Sequence record: PQ657772.1
DNA: 64,000 bases
Strand: one strand, 5' to 3'
The notes beneath the pieces were generated by a model. It had not been told where the DNA came from. It saw only the letters and a list, made by a program, of their open reading frames with translations, and ran no database searches. Every line of letters begins with the position of its first letter. Position 1 is the stretch's first letter. The translations under genes and the position numbers were made by a program. Below are positions 18,426 through 29,033 of the stretch, piece after piece.

Positions 18426-18926
18426 TTAGGTCACAGCTTTGTATTTCTCCATTGCTTCGGTGATATTCAATACTGCTTGCGGTACGTCACTTTTGTTGTA
18501 TGCAGTGGTTAGTTTTTCCATGTTATTGAGAAGACTTAGAAACAATGGAAGTACTTCTGCATTGTCACTGAAGTTACAATCATTGACAGTACTCAATTGG
18601 AATAACTCACCTGCATCAACATTGAGTGTGTTGTATTCTTTAACAATGTTTTCTTCAGTATTGAAGATGTAGAATACAGTCCCCATGTGGTGTAAGTATA
18701 CACCAGTATCATTCTGAATATGACATGGGGTGATTACAATTGCTGTGTTATCAATATTATTTACTATTGTCAAACGCAGACTATGTAACCCAAAGATTAC
18801 AGTACAATCCTTTGTGCTGTGTTGGATCTGGTCACTAGTAAAGGAAGACCCACTAGAAGTTTTAGACCCATTTAGTATTTCTTTGATAATTTTAAATGAA
18901 TACTTCATCGAATTAGTTAAAAGCAT
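18426..18926 (-). CDS. FQxS-motif family protein
   Basis: DAGELFQLSTVND. Confidence 0.75.
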   Translation of the reverse strand: MLLTNSMKYSFKIIKEILNGSKTSSGSSFTSDQIQHSTKDCTVIFGLHSLRLTIVNNIDNTAIVITPCHIQNDTGVYLHHMGTVFYIFNTEENIVKEYNTLNVDAGELFQLSTVNDCNFSDNAEVLPLFLSLLNNMEKLTTAYNKSDVPQAVLNITEAMEKYKAVT

Positions 18927-19326
18927 GAACTTTACCTTTAAGTAAATTAATTAATGTTCGCATAGATTCAGTACTGACAGTCCCAAAATCAACACCTAAG
19001 CACTCGTATTGAAAGAACTCAATAGAATCAATTGAGTCCAAAGGAATCTCAACAACCTGATTCCCTATACCAGACATAGTAACATTGCTTTTATTAATCG
19101 TCAAGAAGTTTTTTGAATAAGTATTAAATTTTAGTGAAATCGCATCGGGGTGCTTTGTAACAATGCAGTACTGGGAGCCATACACATATAGTACTTTACT
19201 TTCACTAAGATCTGTTTTAAAAAAATGAATCCCATTGAAGTATTTCTCATTGGCTCCCATCGCCGCGATTAGTTCATCTGTTGTTGTTAACCTTGTTTCG
19301 TTCTTCGTTAAACTGTTGAAAAGCAT
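18913..19326 (-). CDS. FQxS-motif family protein
   Basis: SIEFFQYECLG. Confidence 0.7.
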   Translation of the reverse strand: MLFNSLTKNETRLTTTDELIAAMGANEKYFNGIHFFKTDLSESKVLYVYGSQYCIVTKHPDAISLKFNTYSKNFLTINKSNVTMSGIGNQVVEIPLDSIDSIEFFQYECLGVDFGTVSTESMRTLINLLKGKVHAFN

Positions 19327-19747
19327 AGAATACTACCTTAACCATTTGTAGTGTTTCAGACATTACTTCTGATGAAAATTCAACATCATTGAATTTCAGC
19401 ATAGTGTTCTGTGTAAAGAAAGTTGCTTCTAAGTCTTCTAGATTGAAGGGTTCATCAAACAAATTAGTACTGAACATGTCAGTCTTCTTCTTGTATGTGA
19501 ACAAGAATTTGGAATTATAACGAAGAACTATTTCATCTTTATTGACCAGAATGCGTGCAATGTTCTGACGTGCTAATGTGGTAATGTTTAAATTGAACAC
19601 GTTCTTGCGTGTTTCTGTGATATCAACAAAATACCCATCTCCCTGATGGATATTACATCGTACATCCAACCCTTTCTGTACTGTATTGAACAGTGCATCT
19701 TGAATAAAATAATTTGCTGTATCGATGTTTCCTAAAATGTCTAACAT
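19274..19747 (-). CDS. FQxS-motif family protein (degenerate)
   Basis: LEATFFTQNTML. Confidence 0.65.
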   Translation of the reverse strand: MLDILGNIDTANYFIQDALFNTVQKGLDVRCNIHQGDGYFVDITETRKNVFNLNITTLARQNIARILVNKDEIVLRYNSKFLFTYKKKTDMFSTNLFDEPFNLEDLEATFFTQNTMLKFNDVEFSSEVMSETLQMVKVVFYAFQQFNEERNKVNNNR

Positions 19748-20259
19748 AACTTCTCCTTGATTGCTGTCATATTTAGAAGAAATTCTTCAAGCAATTCCTC
19801 TGTAACATACTCAACATACCAGAATATCACAATATCTTTTGAAAGTCGAGTATTCTTAAAAATATCTACTAACTCTTTGTAGTACTCAAGATCATATACA
19901 TCTTTTATAATTAGTGAGTACTGAAATAGTGATTCTTCAGTTAACTTAAATTCTGGATATAGTAAGTCATTAAATTCTAATGATTCTGATTGTACTTTTA
20001 TTTTAGTGAAGTCATTTGTTAATCCACCATTACATCCATATAATGCAGCGTAATTCACGAACTTGGCTTTTGGATTAAAATCAAGAACAGTTTCACCATT
20101 ATATGACAATCGGTGGAACGCCGTGAACTTTGTAATTTGCCACGGTTGCTTAATATCTAAGTCATTTATGTCTTTATTATTGTACATAAGAACAGTGAAT
20201 ATTTCAGCAATCTTCAATAATAATTTAGTACGTGCTAGTACTGTCATAGGTTCAATCAT
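19741..20259 (-). CDS. FQxS-motif family protein
   Basis: TEESLFQYSLII. Confidence 0.75.
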   Translation of the reverse strand: MIEPMTVLARTKLLLKIAEIFTVLMYNNKDINDLDIKQPWQITKFTAFHRLSYNGETVLDFNPKAKFVNYAALYGCNGGLTNDFTKIKVQSESLEFNDLLYPEFKLTEESLFQYSLIIKDVYDLEYYKELVDIFKNTRLSKDIVIFWYVEYVTEELLEEFLLNMTAIKEKLC

Positions 20260-20672
20260 TATACACCTTCATATTCATCAAGGAAATCTTCGATGATCAT
20301 TTCTGCATCATCCATATGCATAGCATCAACTTCAACAATGCGAACCTTAGACGTATCCCAAATCATATAGCTAGGAACTGTATCTGGTTCGTAATCGTTT
20401 TTGTACTGAACTGCATCATAGCCGTTAATTTCGCAGTACTCAATCACTCCACGCCATTCGTCGTCACTGCCCATATCCGTCCACAGAAGCACGTTATCAA
20501 CATCAACTTCTAAGGTATGTAAGTATACTGTATCAGCGTCAACAACGTTCAGTGGGCTTCTCAGCTTGCGTAATGCAGCTTCTAAAGCACTGTGTTTTCC
20601 ACCCATATGAAGGCCACCATACGGGATATAAAAGTTATCAATTTTTACAGTACTCGCATGATACAGTTTCAT
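20259..20672 (-). CDS. Putative ADP-ribosyltransferase-fold protein
   Basis: N-terminal LYHAS, G.H.G....A, GYDAVQYKNDYE....SYMIWD pattern of phage ART-like domains (from recall, not searched). Confidence 0.55.
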   Translation of the reverse strand: MKLYHASTVKIDNFYIPYGGLHMGGKHSALEAALRKLRSPLNVVDADTVYLHTLEVDVDNVLLWTDMGSDDEWRGVIEYCEINGYDAVQYKNDYEPDTVPSYMIWDTSKVRIVEVDAMHMDDAEMIIEDFLDEYEGV

Positions 20673-20681
20673 TATTCATTC

Positions 20682-21266
20682 CTATTTCAGTACTTTGACC
20701 AGGGCTTTAACCGCTGTTTCAAGTTGTGCAAAGTCGTTGATTGTAAGATAATGAATACCCAATGTACTCATTTCTGAATCTATTTTACTATACAAATCGA
20801 ACATGTCAAGTAGATATTGATATGTATATGACTCCGATGACACACATGATTCTTGAAATAGACGTTCTTCCATATCATTTACTACTTCATCATTTACGTC
20901 TCGAATCACACCATCTTTGTATGTGTAGTAAATCTCATCCCATTCATCTGATAAGCGGAATAGTAAAGGTTTACCATTAAACATCTCAAGGTCATATGCA
21001 TTGACTTCACTCAATAACATATCATCAGGATCAGGTGTGAAATCGAATTGAGCGAGTGAAGAACCATCATAATCCTTAAGGAATACACCAATAGCATTCA
21101 ATTTAACTTCGCCATAATTGCCATTCTTGAACTTTACACGAATATTAATATCAATGTTTTGAACAGTATCATCATCTTGGAATTGATAATCAATTTTATA
21201 CTTTTCCCAAAGTTTTTTAATATCTTTAAAGTACTTAATTTTACTTTCTATTTCTTTAAAGTTCAT
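20682..21266 (-). CDS. FQxS-motif family protein
   Basis: MEERLFQESCVS. Confidence 0.75.
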   Translation of the reverse strand: MNFKEIESKIKYFKDIKKLWEKYKIDYQFQDDDTVQNIDINIRVKFKNGNYGEVKLNAIGVFLKDYDGSSLAQFDFTPDPDDMLLSEVNAYDLEMFNGKPLLFRLSDEWDEIYYTYKDGVIRDVNDEVVNDMEERLFQESCVSSESYTYQYLLDMFDLYSKIDSEMSTLGIHYLTINDFAQLETAVKALVKVLK

Positions 21267-21858
21267 CTGGAACCGCCATCTCTTGTATGTTCTTGCATTT
21301 TATCATTGCACAATTAGTATGTAAAATGATAGCGTACTTGTGTAATGATTTAATTTTATAACACTCATTAAGTACTGAAATGATGCCCCATAACTCTTCT
21401 ACATCAATAGTGATAGGTTCACTAGTACTAAGTTGCATTAGTGCTGCTTCCACATCATCTTTGTTATTGATTTTGAACTGCATACCACGTTTCAGTATTT
21501 TGGTTTTTGGATTATACTCTGCCATTACATCACCTTCAGGGTAACCCTCGTGTAATAATAATGTAGTCTCATAATCTCCACAATTGAAATTAATTTCATC
21601 ATAGTCAGGAACACAAATCATTCCTTCACCATATTGATTATCTACTGATTCGATTGTTAAAATACGCTGATGTTCATTACTCAGGATAATAGAATCATGC
21701 CAGTACTGCGTAGTGAATTTACTACGTTTCTTTTGACAGCACATACTTGACATGGGACCATACTTTTTATATAGGGACTTCTTGAATGCTATCGCATCAG
21801 GAGCCACCTTAATAACTTCTCGAATTAGGTCAATAGCTTCTTGATAACTTTTTCTCAT
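21256..21858 (-). CDS. FQxS-motif family protein (degenerate)
   Basis: VEAALMQLSTSE; start moved to MRKSYQE. Confidence 0.65.
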   Translation of the reverse strand: MRKSYQEAIDLIREVIKVAPDAIAFKKSLYKKYGPMSSMCCQKKRSKFTTQYWHDSIILSNEHQRILTIESVDNQYGEGMICVPDYDEINFNCGDYETTLLLHEGYPEGDVMAEYNPKTKILKRGMQFKINNKDDVEAALMQLSTSEPITIDVEELWGIISVLNECYKIKSLHKYAIILHTNCAMIKCKNIQEMAVPDEL

Positions 21859-22406
21859 TTGTCGTACCCATATAAAATATGATCTAAAGTGCATTGAACT
21901 TCTTCATGGAAGAACAACGGGTAAATTTGTATCAATTTTTCTTTAAGTTCAAGTGAATGACATAATTCTAATGCTTTGATACAATCTTCATATTTGACTA
22001 AATTATGCAATGTACTTAACTGAAAATGTTGTTCTTCAGAGTAAGCTAAATCATATACGATATTATCATCTAATAGGTTTGATTTAGTTGAAGGATCAAG
22101 TACTGTGTTGCTATGACCTACCCAGAAAAAAGCATTGGTGTTCATATTATTACAACCCCAACCTGCCCCCATTTTCTGGTGAATAGCAAAGACACAACTA
22201 TCATAGAGATTAATACCAAGACGTTCTTCGTTGACATAAATCGTAACACCATCGATTGTCATGGTTATTTGGAAACGCATTGAACCTTCACTTCGTGATC
22301 GTGCACAGAAGACAAGATAACGGTTGATAATTGTATTGATTTTATCTGCCCATCCTTCCACATCTTTGGATGCACATAATTTAAAAAGATCATGACTTTG
22401 ATTCAT
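21855..22406 (-). CDS. FQxS-motif family protein
   Basis: SEEQHFQLSTLHN. Confidence 0.75.
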   Translation of the reverse strand: MNQSHDLFKLCASKDVEGWADKINTIINRYLVFCARSRSEGSMRFQITMTIDGVTIYVNEERLGINLYDSCVFAIHQKMGAGWGCNNMNTNAFFWVGHSNTVLDPSTKSNLLDDNIVYDLAYSEEQHFQLSTLHNLVKYEDCIKALELCHSLELKEKLIQIYPLFFHEEVQCTLDHILYGYDK

Positions 22407-22417
22407 GTAGTTCTCCG

Positions 22418-22999
22418 TTAATCAAGCATAAGTGGCATCATCGCCCATATCTTTTTCATAATCATATCTTCAGTAAAAACAAACGTTTTAGGTGCAGTAT
22501 ATGATATTGACAACCCAAATGGAAGTACGATTGCATCATCAATTATATTATGAATATCAAACCATGTTTTTACACAATCATATGGTGGAAGTTCATGTAT
22601 TGTACTTAACTGAAAGTATTGTTCTTCACCAAATGTACTACAATCAATATCACAAATTTTAGTGAATTGATGATTCCATTTAGATATAATACTGTTTTTA
22701 TTATTGAACATATTAGTTCTATGCATGAAACCATTTCTGCTAATATGATTTGATATTGCGTTTTCTTCAATATCATTGCTTATTTTAAAATTCATGTCAA
22801 AGTTGTAGTGCGAACTCGACGATTCTTTGAATTTTAAATGAAAATAACGATTGTTATTAATTTCCATTTCAATACAAAACACATCTGAATCAAAACGATT
22901 AAACTTGTAATCGTTGTCTTCAGGTAGAGTCTGTAATTTTTTCATAACACCAAGCATAGGGTGCACTAAGCTTCTAATAAAATCATTAGTTATTTTCAT
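22418..22999 (-). CDS. FQxS-motif family protein
   Basis: GEEQYFQLSTIHE. Confidence 0.75.
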   Translation of the reverse strand: MKITNDFIRSLVHPMLGVMKKLQTLPEDNDYKFNRFDSDVFCIEMEINNNRYFHLKFKESSSSHYNFDMNFKISNDIEENAISNHISRNGFMHRTNMFNNKNSIISKWNHQFTKICDIDCSTFGEEQYFQLSTIHELPPYDCVKTWFDIHNIIDDAIVLPFGLSISYTAPKTFVFTEDMIMKKIWAMMPLMLD

Positions 23000-23492
23000 A
23001 GTATTCCTTTAGAACTTTAAATGATTCAACAATACTATCTTGTGTGTAATTAGAACTATATACAATTGCATTTGATTTGATTGACCACAGATATGACATA
23101 AAGGTTATAACACTACTACATGAACTTAATGTATTGTTTTGGAATTCATTTTCTTCAATGTTATCAGTACTGGTATTGATGAATTGGATAGTATCTTGTT
23201 TCTGATTAGACATTGAAACTAAAGTACAATCAGTATAAGGAGTGTACAAAAACGTCTCATTACTAATTGAACTATCATTAGTATATGATGGTTTGGTAAT
23301 ATAAATCAAACGCATGATATCACGCTCAATACCCGATTTACGACTTTCCACTAAAGAAATCATATCTATATTTTTCATATGATCAACATTGACATGGAAC
23401 TTTTTGTTTAGAATTACATCTTTTGGGGAATTTTTATATGAAGATAAGATCTCATACATCTCAACTAATTCTCGTGCATTTAATAAACTCAT
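22986..23492 (-). CDS. FQxS-motif family protein
   Basis: IEENEFQNNTLSS. Confidence 0.7.
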   Translation of the reverse strand: MSLLNARELVEMYEILSSYKNSPKDVILNKKFHVNVDHMKNIDMISLVESRKSGIERDIMRLIYITKPSYTNDSSISNETFLYTPYTDCTLVSMSNQKQDTIQFINTSTDNIEENEFQNNTLSSCSSVITFMSYLWSIKSNAIVYSSNYTQDSIVESFKVLKEYYENN

Positions 23493-23917
23493 GTTTTGTC
23501 TCTTAATGAAAGAATATCCTTAGTATAAACTGATACAGAAATGTGATTGTATTTCATCATTAATTTATACACATAAGAAGCTAGTACTAAATCGTAAATT
23601 AATTTAGTATCATACAGTACTCCGTATTGTAAAGCAAGTGAATCAATATCATCTTTACTTTCAATATCCAGAAATGTGCCGAAATATGTAGTACCGTGGA
23701 GATGAAAATTGGAATTAATGCAATCAATGCATTCATTGTCCAACAGAGTAGATGATGATGCCCTCGGTGAATCCCAAATAGTCACTGCGTGTATGCCCTC
23801 AACGAACAAATCTATCCATATTTTGTGTCGTTGTCTTTTTTTTGTTTTATAATTTTCTGGATTTGAAAGTGTAGTTTCAATTATATCCCATATGTATAAG
23901 CATTCATCTCTTGTCAT
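23489..23917 (-). CDS. FQxS-motif family protein (degenerate)
   Basis: IDSLALQYGVLYD. Confidence 0.6.
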   Translation of the reverse strand: MTRDECLYIWDIIETTLSNPENYKTKKRQRHKIWIDLFVEGIHAVTIWDSPRASSSTLLDNECIDCINSNFHLHGTTYFGTFLDIESKDDIDSLALQYGVLYDTKLIYDLVLASYVYKLMMKYNHISVSVYTKDILSLRDKT

Positions 23918-24495
23918 TATAGCACCTTATCCATTGCTGCATTTAATGCTTTTAAACGATCAACATTCAAAGTATTGAAGATGTACGTTCCTAAAATGTG
24001 GAAATCGAACTGGTTCTTTTTGTATGTGTGATAAATTAAACTACAAAAAACAACAGTACTAAGAACCTCTTCAGGTATAACGGTGCTCATCTGAAACAGT
24101 TCTTCATCAACTGTACTTGATTCTGGATTGATAGCTTTTAACTCATACTCTTTATCACCGAATAGTACTTTAATATTATATAAAACACCAACAGTACTAA
24201 TATGAAATGGATGGTGTGAAAAACTTCCATCATCATTAATTTGGATATCGGATCTAATCTCGCACTCTTCATTACTTTTACTATTATTTTTTACAATACA
24301 AATATTCCTGGCACCAGAAATAGTAAGAATACCGTGATCGTAATATTCTTTGGACAAACATTTAGATGAAAATGACACATCACGAATGAGGTAATGTTTG
24401 TTAATTTCTTTGGCACTACCAACAATGTGTAGCATCTTTGTACTGATATCATATAGCTGTTGGTGTCGGGCTGTCATATAACTATAAGCGTTCAT
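23917..24495 (-). CDS. FQxS-motif family protein
   Basis: VDEELFQMSTVIP. Confidence 0.75.
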   Translation of the reverse strand: MNAYSYMTARHQQLYDISTKMLHIVGSAKEINKHYLIRDVSFSSKCLSKEYYDHGILTISGARNICIVKNNSKSNEECEIRSDIQINDDGSFSHHPFHISTVGVLYNIKVLFGDKEYELKAINPESSTVDEELFQMSTVIPEEVLSTVVFCSLIYHTYKKNQFDFHILGTYIFNTLNVDRLKALNAAMDKVL

Positions 24496-25066
24496 ATGTA
24501 TCCTTGATGTTTTTGATTGCCGTGTGTAGCTCTTTTAATGTATCGGATTCACAGTTAATGAACTTACTATACATTACCAATTCACCAGTGTCAATAGCTT
24601 TTGCAGTTTCATAGCAAAGCATCATGTACTCAAACTCCTTGAAGTTGTCAAGTACTGATCTCTGGAAAATGTATGCTTCACGAATGTCTTCACTTTGATC
24701 TAGTTCTGGTGGAATTTCCAAATATGTATCATTCTCTACGTCATCAAAATTAGATTCAACAATTCGATTAATATCTTCGTGTAAAGCATTGACAAATATC
24801 ATGTTTGGAGTAATGGAACCGATTTGCTCACTATGCCTTGATGTGCGGATATACATTGCCATAGTATCCCATGAACCTTTTTTCGTCGTTCCATAATCGT
24901 AAACTTTATAAGACTCCAGTACTACTGAACCAAAACGATATGGTGATTTGCATTCAACTTTAAGACGATAATTTCCAATAGGCTCATGTTCAGTAATGTT
25001 GTGCTTTTCAGATAGTTCTGCAATGTCATGCATCAATTTCATAATTTGAATGTGTTCAGCTTGCAT
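24482..25066 (-). CDS. FQxS-motif family protein
   Basis: REAYIFQRSVLD. Confidence 0.7.
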   Translation of the reverse strand: MQAEHIQIMKLMHDIAELSEKHNITEHEPIGNYRLKVECKSPYRFGSVVLESYKVYDYGTTKKGSWDTMAMYIRTSRHSEQIGSITPNMIFVNALHEDINRIVESNFDDVENDTYLEIPPELDQSEDIREAYIFQRSVLDNFKEFEYMMLCYETAKAIDTGELVMYSKFINCESDTLKELHTAIKNIKDTYERL

Positions 25067-25629
25067 TATAAGTCCTCTAATTTAACAGGTACATGTTCAT
25101 TGATGAACGTCTTAAGAGCCAGTACTAGATCTTCTAATTCTTCTGTACTGAATTTTAATATAGTTTTAAAGATTATCAATTCATTTCTTTCTATAATCTT
25201 TGGAATTTCATATGCTAACATAAGATTGCGAACAGTGCCAGTGTTGTGTATGAGGTTCGCATTGAATAAAAGTACATCGTACTCGTCTTTTTTAATTTTA
25301 TAATTGTACTCTTCAATTACTTCATGTGTGTATGTATTCTTATAAGCAATTTTATTTTTATGAAATTTATAACCAACAGTAACACTATCATCATAAAATG
25401 TAGAACGATAATCTTGTTTTCTATCGCCGGACGAAATGATGTGTAATGCTGTGTATTTGTCCTCAACATCTAACTCAATGTTTGCATAACTGTTAACGGT
25501 TTCATTCTTTAGGACGTTAATGTTATATTTCTCATTAACTTTAATGTACTGGCGTGAACCATTATCATCAATGAACTTAAAACAATGCTTTACCAACAAT
25601 GTGATTTCTTTAATTAATTCAGTACTCAT
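25066..25629 (-). CDS. FQxS-motif family protein (degenerate)
   Basis: YDVLLFNANLIHN; AGGAG RBS. Confidence 0.65.
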   Translation of the reverse strand: MSTELIKEITLLVKHCFKFIDDNGSRQYIKVNEKYNINVLKNETVNSYANIELDVEDKYTALHIISSGDRKQDYRSTFYDDSVTVGYKFHKNKIAYKNTYTHEVIEEYNYKIKKDEYDVLLFNANLIHNTGTVRNLMLAYEIPKIIERNELIIFKTILKFSTEELEDLVLALKTFINEHVPVKLEDL

Positions 25630-25656
25630 ATCTTCTCCTGTACTCTGTTAAAAGCG

Positions 25657-25685
25657 ATTATAACACACCTGAATGCTCATGTAAA
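25657..25685 (-). promoter_or_regulatory. Sigma70-type promoter
   Basis: TTTACA-17 nt-TATAAT with TG extension. Confidence 0.7.
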
Positions 25686-25690
25686 GCACT

Positions 25691-25718
25691 AAACACAAAA
25701 AGACCCATAAGGGTCTTT
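25691..25718 (-). terminator. Intrinsic terminator
   Basis: AAAGACCC-TTAT-GGGTCTTT then TTGTGTTT. Confidence 0.7.
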
Positions 25719-26235
25719 ATTTTGGTAAAACGCTGTCAATGTACGCTAGAGCCTCATCTCGGAGGTACGTTCCATCTATTGTTATGTAATAGTTCTTAGG
25801 GATATCACTACCAATCTTCTCGTAAATTTTCATACATGATATCACATCTTCATCACAAATGGTACTCAATTGAAACTGTACTTCATCAGTTAAAGGTACG
25901 ATATCATGTTTAGATGGGGGGTTGGTATTTTCATTCAAAACAATATCAAACAAATTAGGAGTATTCTTTGACGAAATGTAACGATGTTTACTACGAATTA
26001 CCATTCTCGACAGAGAAATACTGGAACTCCATCTTGGGTCCACATCTTCGTATGTTAACGCAATTAACATTTCATAATAATCTTGGAATTTCATTGATGC
26101 ATAATATGTTTTGTCCTCACCGTACATTCCAAATGATTTGAATTCAATGTCACCTACATTGTGTGTATCACTATCACTATTCACGAATTTTAACAGACTG
26201 TTGATTAGTCTGATTAGAATATCATCTTTATTCAT
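25717..26235 (-). CDS. FQxS-motif family protein
   Basis: TDEVQFQLSTICD; start moved to MNKDDIL. Confidence 0.75.
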   Translation of the reverse strand: MNKDDILIRLINSLLKFVNSDSDTHNVGDIEFKSFGMYGEDKTYYASMKFQDYYEMLIALTYEDVDPRWSSSISLSRMVIRSKHRYISSKNTPNLFDIVLNENTNPPSKHDIVPLTDEVQFQLSTICDEDVISCMKIYEKIGSDIPKNYYITIDGTYLRDEALAYIDSVLPK

Positions 26236-26794
26236 TATCAGATAACTCCCTGTGCATGTTGTATAAATCTCTAAAGTCCTGATAGAAATCTTTTTCTTCA
26301 AGAATATCTTTTAAACTAGGAATCTCATCCATAATCTCATCGATATCAGTTTCAATAGTAAAACCTGATTTATAATTTTGTAAGAGATAACTAAAAGCAA
26401 CAAGATAAAGAATTTCATTTGGTTTATGAATTAACATGTGTTGGAACATAACTGATTCTAAATCAGATTCAGTACTAAGGTCAGCATAACATGTATCGTT
26501 GGTGTCAATTCGTACTGTACTTGAATTTGGATTCCATGTAAAGCAATGTGTTCCAACTGTTCCCAAACATCCTACTCTTGTACTATCATTTGTTCCCAAA
26601 AAGATATAAAAATACGTTTCATCTGTATAATCGTATTTTTGTACTTTACCTTTTTTAAGGCATAAATCATTATCCTTTCGAAAAGTTTTAGATGATAGTG
26701 TATCAATGATGCACATTAATGTTTTTGCAAATGCAATACAATGACGTAATTCAAGTCTATGGAAATTATAATTAGTAAAATTCATAAAATTCAT
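26228..26794 (-). CDS. FQxS-motif family protein
   Basis: LESVMFQHMLIHK. Confidence 0.72.
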   Translation of the reverse strand: MNFMNFTNYNFHRLELRHCIAFAKTLMCIIDTLSSKTFRKDNDLCLKKGKVQKYDYTDETYFYIFLGTNDSTRVGCLGTVGTHCFTWNPNSSTVRIDTNDTCYADLSTESDLESVMFQHMLIHKPNEILYLVAFSYLLQNYKSGFTIETDIDEIMDEIPSLKDILEEKDFYQDFRDLYNMHRELSDNE

Positions 26795-27336
26795 AATTGT
26801 ACCTTCAATATTTTATCAGCAATTGATATAACCTTATCACTGAATACATTACCAATCTCAATTCTTATATACATCGCAGGTGGAATCTTTCCCTGAAGTG
26901 CATAATATGTTTGTACACCTAAGTACTCATTATTTGATAATGAAAATTTGATTCTCTCCATATCTATGTCTGATTTTGGTAAATCTAAGAATTCATGATG
27001 GTAGTCAACATTTTCAGTGTATATCTGTTCGACGTAATTTGAATAGTCACTACTAATGTAGATGCTATCATCACGAATAATTACTTTATAATCAGAAGGT
27101 TCAAACTTATCTTTAGGAGAAAAGAAGACATCATCTATCTTCTCTTCTCGGACACCGAATAACAATTTACCATCGTACTTTACATCAAGCATACTACCTA
27201 GAATAGTAATTACACAATGATCATCAATATTATGACGTAAAGAACGAGTCTTGTATTTTGGGTTAATGAAAATTTTCATTAATTTTATACAAATGTCGGA
27301 AATGCATTTTACATTATCATTTTCTATGTACATCAA
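26791..27336 (-). CDS. FQxS-motif family protein (degenerate)
   Basis: MERIKFSLSNNE. Confidence 0.62.
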   Translation of the reverse strand: MMYIENDNVKCISDICIKLMKIFINPKYKTRSLRHNIDDHCVITILGSMLDVKYDGKLLFGVREEKIDDVFFSPKDKFEPSDYKVIIRDDSIYISSDYSNYVEQIYTENVDYHHEFLDLPKSDIDMERIKFSLSNNEYLGVQTYYALQGKIPPAMYIRIEIGNVFSDKVISIADKILKVQL

Positions 27337-27811
27337 AAACCCTCTTTAATTCTTTTACATTTTTAATGAATACTTTCATTGCAGAGATCTCAAAAGATAA
27401 TGATTTAAAATTGCAGTACTTTTTAAAGTACGACATAATGAATAGCATCTTGAGTTCTTTTTCTGTGTAAATTAAACTATTTTGAAAGTAACTTTCTTCT
27501 GATAAATCATCAAGAAACGGATATAAAACTCCATTTGTTCTCAAGAACATTATACCTTTACTCCATGATCTAAATGAAAGGTAATCAGTCTTACCACATT
27601 CATATAAGGAGTTTATCATTCCATCAATCATTAAGGAGAACTCAATACTGTATCCTAATCTTTGACACTTGTATCTCTTATCTTCTTTCTTTGTAATTAC
27701 GAAGTGACGGCCCAATGAGTCTTTGTTATCGAAAATGAAATCAATTGTCTCTAAACACTCCTTAGCGAACTTCATAGTTTCTCTGTACTTTCGGTTCATT
27801 AGTCTCTCCAA
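27317..27811 (-). CDS. FQxS-motif family protein
   Basis: SEESYFQNSLIYT. Confidence 0.75.
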   Translation of the reverse strand: MERLMNRKYRETMKFAKECLETIDFIFDNKDSLGRHFVITKKEDKRYKCQRLGYSIEFSLMIDGMINSLYECGKTDYLSFRSWSKGIMFLRTNGVLYPFLDDLSEESYFQNSLIYTEKELKMLFIMSYFKKYCNFKSLSFEISAMKVFIKNVKELKRVFDVHRK

Positions 27812-28212
27812 ACTTTACCAGGGAAGTGTTTCTCGTAGAACTCATCATCACTTAACATATAATCAGGTGTTTCTACTTCTATGGGTTTGTAGAATGTTTC
27901 TGGAATGTGTGTGATTTTATTTGGTTGTACTTTATGTTCGCGTAAAACCTTCTGTATAGCTCCTAGACGTTGTAAATCAATACAGCCCGGCAGAACTAAG
28001 CTGTACTGAAATAGCTCATCAGGGGTCATTATAGATACATCCTTGGCTTGTTTGATTTTATTGTTGGCATTAATGAATATATCAAATCCAAGTACTGCAT
28101 TATAGCTTACATATGTTGTTTTGTTTTTGTCAATAGCTGCACTTAAACTATATCCATATATTCCATGTTGGTCAACAATGCATCGTTGCATAATTTTAAT
28201 CATTTCGAACAT
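27799..28212 (-). CDS. FQxS-motif family protein
   Basis: TPDELFQYSLVLP. Confidence 0.75.
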   Translation of the reverse strand: MFEMIKIMQRCIVDQHGIYGYSLSAAIDKNKTTYVSYNAVLGFDIFINANNKIKQAKDVSIMTPDELFQYSLVLPGCIDLQRLGAIQKVLREHKVQPNKITHIPETFYKPIEVETPDYMLSDDEFYEKHFPGKVWRD

Positions 28213-28558
28213 AATTTACCTCGTATGTGTTATAATTCCACGTTTTAACACTATCCATTTGTATATCCTGAACTTCATGGAAATATTTAAGTACCTTCTG
28301 GTATTCCATTAGTTCGTACACATCTTCAGTATTGACAGTGCTCTCCTGAAACAATTCCTCTTCTGATAAAGTACTATAATCAGGGATTTTTATTTCAGAA
28401 TATATCTCATTCATATATGAATCATTTTGGTAAATCTGTAGATAAAACTGATTATATTCAGGGATATAGGTTACGAAATGGTTCTTGATGAATTCATATC
28501 TTGAAGCAAAGCAATCATTGCCATCCGTCATGTACTGAATTGTTGTTGTATTATGCAT
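28196..28558 (-). CDS. FQxS-motif family protein
   Basis: SEEELFQESTVNT. Confidence 0.75.
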   Translation of the reverse strand: MHNTTTIQYMTDGNDCFASRYEFIKNHFVTYIPEYNQFYLQIYQNDSYMNEIYSEIKIPDYSTLSEEELFQESTVNTEDVYELMEYQKVLKYFHEVQDIQMDSVKTWNYNTYEVNYVRND

Positions 28559-29033
28559 TCAAATAATCCACACATTGATGGTATACAACTAAATCTATAA
28601 AGAATCGTTGTTTGTATTTGTAATGATGAAGTAGTGCACCATAAAGTAATATAGCATTAAGTACTTTTGCATCATGAATACAAGACCCTTGGAAGTACAT
28701 TTCTTCTGTCATGAAAACTAACTCACTATAAGGGATAAACACTGAATCTCTAAATGTATCAATGTTAATCTTCAAATCAGACCCTTGGCAATATGAAATA
28801 TATTCAGCTCTGTAGTGAAAGTCATTATCGTCAAAGAACTCAGCATATACTTGATTGCCCTTATTATTTTTAAAGGCAAGTCTTCCTTTGGTTGAACTGA
28901 ATTGGTCATATTGGAACATTCCACCAAAAGGCATTCCACCGAAAGGTTGGGGACTTCTGAACTCCTTTGCAATGCGATGAATGTTAGATGCAAATTCTAA
29001 AACACCATCGTAATCATATTCTGTTGTAATCAT
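28551..29033 (-). CDS. FQxS-motif family protein
   Basis: TEEMYFQGSCIHD. Confidence 0.75.
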   Translation of the reverse strand: MITTEYDYDGVLEFASNIHRIAKEFRSPQPFGGMPFGGMFQYDQFSSTKGRLAFKNNKGNQVYAEFFDDNDFHYRAEYISYCQGSDLKINIDTFRDSVFIPYSELVFMTEEMYFQGSCIHDAKVLNAILLYGALLHHYKYKQRFFIDLVVYHQCVDYLNA

